Source: an uncultured Chloroflexia bacterium
GTDB lineage: Bacteria; Chloroflexota; Ktedonobacteria; Ktedonobacterales; JADMIN01
Reading direction: 5' to 3'
Length of the DNA stretch: 32,000 bases
Assembly (NCBI GenBank): GCA_963718915.1
Contig: CAVRAI010000003.1
Span: 240,001 to 272,000, forward strand
The translations under genes were made by a program, and so were the position numbers. Positions 1 to 8,300 of this stretch are shown piece after piece; the first letter of the stretch is position 1; every line of letters begins with the position of its first letter. A model generated the notes under the pieces. It made no database searches. It was not told where the DNA came from and saw nothing but the letters and a program-made list of their open reading frames with translations.

Positions 1-188
1 CCCCCCGTCTCTTCGGTGGCGGCCTCTATAACCAGATGGCGCAGCCCGTTGGCGCGCGCGCGGACTTTGCCCTGCGGATGCCGACCCGCGTGCAGTGGCC
101 CACGGAGCTAGTCGTGCGCGCATCCTGTGGCGGCGAACATGCCAGCGCGCCCACGGTGGAGCAGATCCCCATCGACGCGGCGCTCTAG
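1..188 (+). CDS. 3' end of a gene entering from upstream; the tail resembles a LacI/GalR-family repressor C-terminus
   Basis: A GC3-rich open frame (codon phase starting at position 3) runs from the window edge to TAG at 186-188. The translated tail ...ADFALRMPTRVQWPTELVVRASCGGE... resembles the typical LacI-family ending (..v.lp.eLvvReS..). A promoter with a LacI/cre-type operator and a glycosidase gene follow directly. Confidence 0.4.
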   Translation, partial: PRLFGGGLYNQMAQPVGARADFALRMPTRVQWPTELVVRASCGGEHASAPTVEQIPIDAAL

Positions 189-277
189 TCCGTGCCAGCC
201 GTTCCTTAATAAGTCCACGTCAAGCCTATGACAAGCCCATGCTCCCGACGAGTTTTGGCGCCATTGCCTGTGGACGC

Positions 278-306
278 TTGACAAGATAGGCGCCCATCCG
301 TATACT
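278..306 (+). promoter_or_regulatory. Sigma70-type promoter for the beta-glucosidase gene
   Basis: TTGACA (278-283), an exact 17-nt spacer, then TATACT (301-306). It lies 129 nt upstream of the ATG at 435. Confidence 0.6.
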
Positions 307-308
307 GT

Positions 309-334
309 TGTAAACGATTACGAAAACGATACCG
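309..334. promoter_or_regulatory. LacI/cre-type operator candidate(s) just downstream of the -10
   Basis: TGTAAACGATTACG (309-322) matches the LacI/CcpA-type consensus TGWAANCGNTNWCA at 13 of 14 positions. An overlapping weaker copy, CGAAAACGATACCG, lies at 321-334. An ACGAT/ATCGT motif occurs three times in 314-347. Confidence 0.45.
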
Positions 335-434
335 GAATCGTATTCAGCGCGTTGCGGAAAGGCCCGCTGCCCTGGCCAATACGCATTGCGCGCGTGTCAT
401 GATGCGCCACGTATTCAGAGAAGCGGGTATGTGA

Positions 435-1820
435 ATGATCTTTCCCCACGATTTCTTCTGGGGCGCGGCAACCTCTGCCTACCAGATCGAAGGCGCCACC
501 CGCGAGGATGGCCGCGGCCTCTCCGTCTGGGATCAGTTCGCGGCGACCCCCGGCCGCACCTATCAGGGCGAGACCGGAGAGAGTGCGGTGGAACACTACC
601 ACCGTATGGAGCAGGACGTTGCCCTGATGGCCGACCTGGGCCTGACCGCCTACCGGTTCTCCATCGCTTGGCCGCGCATCGTGCCCGATGGCGTTGGGGC
701 TGTCAACCAGCCCGGCATTGACTTCTACGACCGGCTGGTAGACCAGCTCCTCGCGCGCAATATCACGCCCGTGGTGACGCTTCATCACTGGGATCTGCCG
801 CTGGCGCTCTTCGAGCGGGGTGGCTGGCGCGACCGCGCGACCGCCGACGCCTTCGCCGACTACGCGACGACGATGGCGCGCGCGCTCGGGGATCGCGTGC
901 GCTGGTGGATTACGCAGAATGAGCCATGGTGTCCCGCCTATCTCGGCTACGCTGAAGGGATTCACGCGCCGGGCGTCAAAGGGGATATGCAGGCTGCTGT
1001 CGATGTCGGCCACCATTTGCTGCTGGCGCATGGGCTGGCGACACAGGCAATGCGCGCGGTGATGCCCGTCGAGGCACGCATAGGCATCGCCCTCAACCTC
1101 TTCCCGATCTTCGCCGGAGACACCCGCGCGGAGACGCTCCGAGCCACCGAACGCGCCTATCGCTTCCATACCCGCTGGTTTCTCGATCCGGTCTTCCGGG
1201 GTGAGTATACGCCCGGCCTCTTCGACGACCTCGGCGTGACGCCGCCGCCCATCCAGGATGGCGACCTCAAGATTATCAGCACGCCGACCGATTTTCTCGG
1301 CGTCAACTACTACAATCGCTGGGTCGTCCGCGCCGGGAGCGATGCGCCCGCGGACGGAAACGGGTCGGGCATCGAGTACGTCACCGATCTGCCCGACGCG
1401 ACCTTCACCGAGATGGGCTGGGAGGTCTACCCCCATGGGCTGGGACTTATCCTCGAAGACCTCACCCGCAACTATCACCCGCGCATGCTGCTCATTAGCG
1501 AGAATGGCGCGGCCTTCGACGATGTCTGGAATGGCAACGGCCACGTGAGCGATCCCCAGCGCGTGCGCTTCCTGAGCGAGCATCTGCGCGCGGTCGGCGA
1601 GGCTATAGCGCATGGAGCGCCTGTCGCGGGCTACTTCGTCTGGTCGCTCTTCGACAACTTCGAGTGGGCGGAGGGCTATAGCAAGCGCTTCGGCCTGGTC
1701 TATGTGGATTTCGCCACGCAGCGACGGATCATCAAAGATAGCGGCAAGTGGTACGCGGGCTTCATCGCCAACCAGCGCGCGCTGCATGCGATGCCGCCGA
1801 AGCCGCCTATGCCTCGTTAG
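435..1820 (+). CDS. GH1 family beta-glucosidase
   Basis: 461-aa ORF. The N-terminus FPHDFFWGAATSAYQIEGA, the acid/base motif TQNEPW and the nucleophile motif ISENGAA are GH1 hallmarks. The long antisense ORF 318..1787 is a GC artefact. Confidence 0.95.
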   Translation: MIFPHDFFWGAATSAYQIEGATREDGRGLSVWDQFAATPGRTYQGETGESAVEHYHRMEQDVALMADLGLTAYRFSIAWPRIVPDGVGAVNQPGIDFYDRLVDQLLARNITPVVTLHHWDLPLALFERGGWRDRATADAFADYATTMARALGDRVRWWITQNEPWCPAYLGYAEGIHAPGVKGDMQAAVDVGHHLLLAHGLATQAMRAVMPVEARIGIALNLFPIFAGDTRAETLRATERAYRFHTRWFLDPVFRGEYTPGLFDDLGVTPPPIQDGDLKIISTPTDFLGVNYYNRWVVRAGSDAPADGNGSGIEYVTDLPDATFTEMGWEVYPHGLGLILEDLTRNYHPRMLLISENGAAFDDVWNGNGHVSDPQRVRFLSEHLRAVGEAIAHGAPVAGYFVWSLFDNFEWAEGYSKRFGLVYVDFATQRRIIKDSGKWYAGFIANQRALHAMPPKPPMPR

Positions 1821-1940
1821 CCCGCGCGGATTGCGACCAGGAGGTACCGCTCATGCCCGCTATGCCATTTCCCGTGCAGGCGCTGGCGCTCATACTGATG
1901 GGCCTGGGCAGCGGTATCTTCTGGTCGCCCTTATTGAGCG

Positions 1941-2879
1941 CTAGGTTGGCCGACGTGTCAGCGGCGCATACGAGAACCAGCCGCCGCTAATACTGGCAGA
2001 CGACACCACCTGCGTGCCGCCACGCGGCCGCTCGCCCGCCCACTCGGCGAGCAGTTGCGCCCAGTAGCGCCGTGGCACATCGGGCCGCTTCAGGATGACG
2101 AAGAGCGCCCGCCACGGCTCCTTCTCCTCGGTCTCGAAGCTCCATGTGCTCCACGCCACCGGATCGCTCTCGCCGCCGTCCGTACGCTGCCAGCCGCCGT
2201 GCTCCAACTGTGCGATGTAGTGCGCGGTCAGCGCCGCGAGGTCGAGATCGGTCTCCACGCGCGCATTCGCGATAACGCGGTCGCCACCGCCACCGCTGCC
2301 GCCCTCCTGATATTGCTGTGACCGGGGCGGCGGCATGATTACCGGCAAGATGCTGAAGATGTCGTAGTGCATCATCCGGCTACGCGGCCCGTGGCGCATC
2401 GGCCCCGCGCCATCGGGCATCTGCGAGATGAGCACGCTCGTCCGCCCGTTCGCTGTGGTCTGCGTCATGAAGCTTAACCCTGGGCCGTCGTCGCGATAGA
2501 ACAGGGCATGGGTGCGGCCAGCCGCGCCAAAGCTGGAATGGACGAATCCACCCTGTCGCGGTGGGATGCCTTCCGGCGCGTTCCAGCCCGCCGCGGTGAG
2601 CCGCTCGGTATAGAAGGCGATGACCTCCTCAGCCGACTGGTCGGTATCGAGCGCGACGGTGGGCCTGGCGGCGACCAGCGAGCCGACGACACGGCTGCCG
2701 GGCGGGAGCGGAAAGTCAGCCGGAAAGCTCGGCGGCAATTGGCCTGGAAGTAGTTGCAGCCCCTCATCACTCGTCTCGTCCGTCGCGTCGGGGTAGCGCG
2801 CCGCGACCAGCGCCAGCGCCAACTCGCGGAGGCTCGCGTCATCATTCGTGGGGGATTGGGGGTTGATTGGCTCGTCCAT
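1941..2879 (-). CDS. Hypothetical protein, paralog A of a tandem pair (internally two-lobed, no signal peptide)
   Basis: 312-aa ORF with the SD GAGAGAGGAA 4 nt upstream of the ATG. It is roughly half identical by eye to the 3090..4007 product over its full length. Shared blocks include TNDDASLRELALAL, VIAFY..L...GW, QQYQ.GGS and HY..QLEHGGWQRTDG...PVAWSTW.FE...KEPWR.LFVI.KRPD. I recognise no family. Confidence 0.75.
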   Translation of the reverse strand: MDEPINPQSPTNDDASLRELALALVAARYPDATDETSDEGLQLLPGQLPPSFPADFPLPPGSRVVGSLVAARPTVALDTDQSAEEVIAFYTERLTAAGWNAPEGIPPRQGGFVHSSFGAAGRTHALFYRDDGPGLSFMTQTTANGRTSVLISQMPDGAGPMRHGPRSRMMHYDIFSILPVIMPPPRSQQYQEGGSGGGGDRVIANARVETDLDLAALTAHYIAQLEHGGWQRTDGGESDPVAWSTWSFETEEKEPWRALFVILKRPDVPRRYWAQLLAEWAGERPRGGTQVVSSASISGGWFSYAPLTRRPT

Positions 2880-2920
2880 GCGGTTCCTCTCTCACTGGCC
2901 GTCTGTTTTCCTTGCTCAGA

Positions 2921-2966
2921 CAGTACGGCATGACAACAGCATAGAGATGGTGACAGTGTACCGCAT
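2921..2966. repeat. Conserved ~45-nt intergenic motif, copy 1
   Basis: CAGTACGGCATGACAACAGCATAGAGATGGTGACAGTGTACCGCAT lies 42-87 nt upstream of the paralog A start. It is near-identical to 4048-4093 and related to 5209-5257. The 5' UTR 2880-2912 is also conserved with 4008-4040. Confidence 0.8.
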
Positions 2967-3048
2967 GGTGCGCCTGATTGCCTGTATTCGCATGGGCCAG
3001 AAACCTGGAATATCTTCCACCTGGTAGACGCGCGCCACCAACTCTGGC

Positions 3049-3072
3049 CCCCTCCCCGGCGCGGGGTAGGGG
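3049..3072. repeat. GC-rich REP-like hairpin
   Basis: CCCCTCCCCG-GCG-CGGGGTAGGGG forms a 10-bp stem with one bulge, 18 nt downstream of the paralog B stop. It shares GGGGTAGGGG with 12282-12291. Confidence 0.5.
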
Positions 3073-3089
3073 AGAGGCGCTCCCTCCGT

Positions 3090-4007
3090 CTACGGATCCA
3101 GCAGGTGGTGAGCCTGCCAGCCCAGCAACCCCGAACCAGTCGTGCGTGGGCCGCCCTGTAAGCGATCACCTGCCCATTCCGCAACGATGCGCAGCCACGA
3201 CTGTCTGGACGCGTCCGGTCGCTTGAAGATGACGAACAGCGACCGCCACGGCTCCTTGTTTTCATCCTCGAAAGTCCACGTGCTCCAGGCGACGGGGCCG
3301 TTCTCCTCGCCATCGGTGCGCTGCCAGCCGCCGTGCTCCAGCTGCGTGGTGTAGTGCGCGGCGAGCGTCGCGAGGTCGAGGGGAGACTCGATGCGCGCCT
3401 CCACTTCGATATTATCGCTTCCCGCGCTCCCGCCGCCCTGATATTGCTGGGTGTTTGGTGGCGGCTCGATGGGTGGAAGCATGTTGTACATCTCGCGGGG
3501 ATGTCCCATGCCGCGATGACTGCGCTGCAATTCCCGCGCACCATTAGGGGTGAGCGTGAGCTGAACGCGCGTGCGGCCATTCGGAGTCTTGTATGCAGAA
3601 ATCTGTAGCGAGGGACCGTCGTTACGATAGAGGGCGGTACCCTGGCGCGGTATCCTACCGACGATGCTTGGGCCAGATTCGAGGAAGCCGCCATGTCGCT
3701 CCGGTAAGCTTGGCTCCGGCATAATCCATCCCAATACGGCCAATTGCTCCTCGTAGAACGCGATGACCGCCTCGTCGTCTTGGTCGGTATTCAGGACGAC
3801 AATTGGTTTGTCGGCGACCAGTGAGCCAATCACACGGCTACCCGTCGGGAGCGGGATATCGCCAGGAAAGTCAGGTGGCAACGCTCCCAAGAGCAGTTGT
3901 GGCTCACCTTCGGCGGCGTAAGGATACCGCGCCATGAGCAGTGCGAGCGCCAACTCGCGGAGGCTCGCGTCATCATTCGTGGGCTGGGGATTGGTCTGCT
4001 CGTTCAT
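3090..4007 (-). CDS. Hypothetical protein, paralog B of the tandem pair
   Basis: 305-aa ORF with the same SD and leader as paralog A. It is collinear with 1941..2879 along its whole length. Confidence 0.75.
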   Translation of the reverse strand: MNEQTNPQPTNDDASLRELALALLMARYPYAAEGEPQLLLGALPPDFPGDIPLPTGSRVIGSLVADKPIVVLNTDQDDEAVIAFYEEQLAVLGWIMPEPSLPERHGGFLESGPSIVGRIPRQGTALYRNDGPSLQISAYKTPNGRTRVQLTLTPNGARELQRSHRGMGHPREMYNMLPPIEPPPNTQQYQGGGSAGSDNIEVEARIESPLDLATLAAHYTTQLEHGGWQRTDGEENGPVAWSTWTFEDENKEPWRSLFVIFKRPDASRQSWLRIVAEWAGDRLQGGPRTTGSGLLGWQAHHLLDP

Positions 4008-4047
4008 GCGATTCCTCTCTCACTGGCCGCCTGTTCCCGTGCGTATA

Positions 4048-4093
4048 CAGTACGGCATGACAACAGGATAGAGATGGTGACAGTGTACCGCAT
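4048..4093. repeat. Conserved ~45-nt intergenic motif, copy 2
   Basis: CAGTACGGCATGACAACAGGATAGAGATGGTGACAGTGTACCGCAT lies 41-86 nt upstream of the paralog B start. It differs from copy 1 at a single position. Confidence 0.8.
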
Positions 4094-4286
4094 ATCACGT
4101 TGCCATGCCGACTACACATGGACTGAAATCCTGGACTGGGGCAATTACTGGGTTTCCTCCTTCACAGTTATGGGGCGACGCAGACATAGGAAACCGGGCA
4201 GTATGTTAGACTCAGTAGCAGGTTGGCTCCCCTGCGCGCACTAGCGTTCACGGATGGTGTGGCGAATGAACGAAAGAGCAGGTGAC

Positions 4287-4694
4287 ATGATTCCACCGTT
4301 GCGGTCCGATGGTACACTTCCACCAGGCACACACCGTGCAACGCTTGCCGATGTACTAAACGCGTATCCTGCCGGGAATCAACAACGTCAGATGCTTAAC
4401 GACTCGCTCGTTCAGGTCCTGAACCAGTTATGGGGGCTGGATTCCACCTTCACCATCTTTGTAGATGGGAGTTATGTGACCGGGAAAGCAGAGCCTAACG
4501 ATATCGATCTGCTTATCATCACGATGCGCTATAATGAACTATCTTTGCAGCAGTATTTGGATCGCGTGTGTCCCGTGGAAGCGGTCTCCATGCACATCTA
4601 CGCCGAACCACGGCTACCGAATGCGATGCTGGATTTCTTCACCACGACACGCCTTGGAACCGCAAAAGGGATCATCGAGGTGACCAGCGCCTGA
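4287..4694 (+). CDS. Nucleotidyltransferase-fold (Pol-beta superfamily) protein, DUF6932-like
   Basis: The ORF is 4254..4694, and the likely start is ATG 4287 (MIPPLRSDGTLPPGTH..., a typical N-terminus for this family). The NTase signature is FVDGSYVTGKAEPNDIDLLI (GS ... DxD). The region is visibly lower in GC than its neighbours. Confidence 0.6.
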   Translation: MIPPLRSDGTLPPGTHRATLADVLNAYPAGNQQRQMLNDSLVQVLNQLWGLDSTFTIFVDGSYVTGKAEPNDIDLLIITMRYNELSLQQYLDRVCPVEAVSMHIYAEPRLPNAMLDFFTTTRLGTAKGIIEVTSA

Positions 4695-4714
4695 GGGAAA
4701 GAAGGAAAGTCATC

Positions 4715-4954
4715 ATGCGTTCCGTTCAGCCCCCCATTACCACTGAAGAGGAATATCACGGCTACCAGCGCGGTCGCGATACCCTGACGAAGGTGGTGCG
4801 AGAGCGTGAGCAACGCCTCATGGATGCGCTGGCGAGTGGGGATGAGACGCTCATCGAAGCCCGACGCTTCGAACTTTTGCATGTCTTAAATGATCGGCAG
4901 GCGATCATTGACGCAATTAAACAGTATGAACAGCATATGTCGCGAAGCGCCTAA
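4715..4954 (+). CDS. Small (79 aa) predicted all-helical protein, partner of the NTase gene
   Basis: ATG at 4715 is preceded by GGAAAGAAGGAAAG, 20 nt after the NTase stop. The sequence is charged and helical (PPITTEEEYHGYQRGRDTLTKVVREREQRLMDAL...). It vaguely resembles the N-terminal helical segment of some HigA-like antitoxins, but I see no HTH. Confidence 0.5.
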   Translation: MRSVQPPITTEEEYHGYQRGRDTLTKVVREREQRLMDALASGDETLIEARRFELLHVLNDRQAIIDAIKQYEQHMSRSA

Positions 4955-5208
4955 CTAGGTAGATCCATATAGCCAGGAATCAGGGCAATGCTTGCTGACC
5001 AGGCAGCGGCTATTGCGGCAGAACGATTCTTGATCTCTTGGGGCGTGGCGCATACTCAGGCATGCGGCAGGCTCAGCGCCACTCCAACTCTTCCATCCTC
5101 CCCCACCTCCGCAGTATTCCCTGATCTCTCACGGCGGGATGCCATACGGCTCGGAATAGCCCGCTACGGTAAACGCTATCGCCGCCTCAGTCGATTGGTC
5201 GGTATTTG

Positions 5209-5257
5209 TGCCGTGCGCTATGACAACAGGACAAAGATGGTGAAAGCGTACCGCGCT
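5209..5257. repeat. Conserved intergenic motif, diverged copy 3
   Basis: GTGCCGTGCGCTATGACAACAGGACAAAGATGGTGAAAGCGTACCGCGC is in the same orientation as copies 1 and 2. The core ATGACAACAGnAyArAGATGGTGAmAGyGTACCGC is retained. It lies 131 nt upstream of the STAND gene start. Confidence 0.65.
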
Positions 5258-5387
5258 CTGCGCCGCCTTGCTGGCCGCGCCATATCACTACATCTCATCC
5301 ATTGACTCTCAATGCGGCAGCGCATAGAATGACGACCAGGCGAGGCGTGTTATACCGCTACATAACAGGCTATCAGTAAAGAGATGA

Positions 5388-8300
5388 GTGAAGATGACTA
5401 CTCCCGCACGGCCAGCGCGCTCCCAGTCCATGCTGCGTATCTTTCTCAGTTCCACCAGCGTTGATCTGAAGGCGCATCGCGCGGCGGTGCGGCGGGTGAT
5501 CGAGACGTTCGACGAGCATCCGGTCGTGATGGAGGACTTCGGCGCGCACGATGGCGACGCCACGACCGTCTCGCTGGAGAAGCTGCATAGTTGCGATGTC
5601 TACGTGCTGCTGCTCGCCTGGCGCTACGGCACGATTCCCAACGACGATACGCTCTCGGTGACGCATCAGGAGTATCGCGCGGCAAAAGACGCCGGGATGC
5701 CGCTGCTGGTCTTCCTGGCGGATGAGGCGACCGAGCGCGACGACGGGCCAGACGCGCTCTTCCCCGCCACTGTGCGCGACGGCGACCACATCACCCAGCT
5801 ACACGCCTTCCGCAAGGAGGTTGGCGGTGACCGTGTGGCCGCATTCTTCACGACGCCCGAAAGCGTGGCGCTGGCGGTCGCGGCGGCGCTGCACCAACTG
5901 ATCCCGACGCTCAAGCCACAGGGGCCACGTCCCCCACATAAACTGGCTCCGCGCGCGCTGGAGTTCGTCGGGCGGACAAGCGAACTGGCGGAACTGTGTA
6001 ACCGGCTGCGGTCTGGGCAGAGCGTTGGCCTCTCGGCGCTGATTTCCGGGTTGGGCGGCGTGGGCAAGTCGGCGCTGGCGGCGGAGGCGCTTGCCACGCT
6101 GGCAGCGGAGCCGGACGCTTTCCCCGGCGGCGTCACCTGGGCGCGCTGCGATGGGCGCGAGGGGCTGGCTGGCCTCACCTGGCTCTACGATCAACTGCTG
6201 GCGGACTGGGGCGCGCCGCTTGCGCCGGAGCAACTGGCGCAGGCGCAGACGGCTGGCCCTGAGGCGGAGGTGGAGCTACGCGAGCGCGCGTTACAGGCGC
6301 GATCTGCGGGATGCCACGCCCGCGCTGGCGCTGCTGGATAACGTCGAGGTAGGGTTCCCGCTGGCCCGCGCGCTCGATACGCTGACGCCGCTGGGGATCA
6401 CGGCGCTGGTGACGGCGCGCCATCAGCCATCCGTCGCCCGCCTGCAACTGCTCCCACTGGATGTGCTGGATACGCCCGCCGCCGTCCAGCTCTTTGCCGA
6501 ACGCTACCGCGAGCGAGGTGGCGATTGGGACGACGCGCGTGATAGCCAAGCCGCCACCACGATTGTCGAGCAGTTGGGACGGCTGCCGCTGGCCATCGAG
6601 CTACAGGCCGCCCGCGCCGCCTTGCGCCGCTTGAGTGTCAGCCAGGTGAGCGCCGACCTGGAGCGCGACCACAGCCAGGGGCTGCTCGGCGACGCGCTGG
6701 ACGCCACCCGCAACATGCGCTACAGCTTCGAGCAGAGCCTGCGCACACTCACGCCGCTCCAGCGCACCCGCTTCGCCGCGCTGGGCTTGCCCGATGGCCC
6801 CGACTGGCCGCGTGATGTGATCGAGCGGCTACTGGCAGGCATCACGGAGGGAGGCGGCTGAAGAAGGCGATGACGAGCGCAACTGACGACGATGACGAGC
6901 CAACCGCCAGCGAGCTTGCCGCCGCCGGGGCCGATCTCGACCGCTTCGTGGCGCTCTCTCTAGTGAACCTTGCGCCGCCGGATGGGCGCGTGCGGCTACA
7001 TCCGCTGCTGCGCGAGTATGTCCACGAACTCTGGCAAAACGCGCCTGCCGACACACAGACTGCGGGGCTGCGCGCGCTGCTGGCGGGCATCGAAGGGCTG
7101 GCCACGGAGTACGTGCACGATTTCGCCGCGCTGGCCCACGAGGAGGAGATGATCGTCGGCGCGCTCGACACGGCGCAGACAGGGCAGTCAGAGCCACTGC
7201 GTATGGTCGGCATCGTCAATACACTCCTTGACTACCTGACCATAGGTGGCCACTGGCGCACAGGCATGCGGTTGTACCCATGGCAACTGGCGGCATACCG
7301 CGAGGTGGGCAACCGTAGCGGCGAAGGCACAACGCTCAACAACCTGGGCTAACTGGCCCGCAGCCTGGGCCAGCCGGAACAGGCGCGAGGCTACTACGAG
7401 CAGGCGCTCGTCATCGTGCGCGGAGGTGGGCAACGGGGCGTGGAAGGCACGACGCTCAACAACCTGGGCGCGTTTAGCCTACGGACTCGGCCAGCCAGAG
7501 CAGGCGCGCGCTTACTACGAGCAGGCGCTCGTCATCCTTCGCGAGGTGGGCAACCGTGCGATGGAGGGCACGACGCTCAACAACCTGGGCGAATTGGTCT
7601 ACGGCCTGGGCCAGCCAGAACAGGCGCGCAGCTACTACGAGCAGGCGCTGGCGATTCTCCGCGAGGTGGGCAACCGTAGCGATGGAGGGCACGACCCTCA
7701 ACAACCTGGGCGAATTGGCCCGCAGCCTGGGCCAGCCAGAACAGGCGCGCGCGCTACTACGAGCAGGCGCTGGCGATTCACCGCGAGGTGGGCAACCGTA
7801 GCGACGGAGGGCACGACGCTCAGCAACCTGGGCTGCTTGGCCCAAAGCCTGGGCCAGCCAGAAGAGGCGCGCACGCTACTACGAGCAGGCGCTGGCGATT
7901 CACCGCGAGGTGGGCAACCGTGCGATGGAAGGCACGACGCTCAACAACCTGGGCGCATTAGCCCAAAACCTGGGCCAGACCAGAACAGGCGCGCACGCTA
8001 CTACGAGCAGGCGCTGGCGATTCATCGCGAGGTGGGCAACCGTGCGATGGAGAGGCACGATCCTCAACAACCTGGGTGAATTGGCCCGCAGCCTGGGCCA
8101 ACCAGAACGAGGCGCGCACGCTACTACGAGCAGGCGCTGGCGATTCTTCGCGAGGTGGGCAATCGGGGCGTGGAAGGCACGATCCTCAACAACCTGGGCG
8201 CATTGGCCCACAGCCTGGGCCGACCAGAAGAGGCGCGCACGCTACTACGAGCAGGCGCTGGCGATTCTTCGCGAGGTGGGCAACGTGCGATGGAGGGCAC

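Noticed and set aside
318-1787. 489-aa minus-strand ORF antisense to the beta-glucosidase gene
   Set aside because: The plus-strand product has unmistakable GH1 motifs. The antisense translation is Arg/Ala/Gly-rich and low-complexity, typical of shadow ORFs in high-GC DNA.
2474-3694. 406-aa minus-strand ORF spanning both tandem paralogs in an alternative frame
   Set aside because: It crosses the intergenic region and the REP-like hairpin and is Ser/Arg/Ala-rich. The two paralogs in the other frame support each other through mutual similarity.
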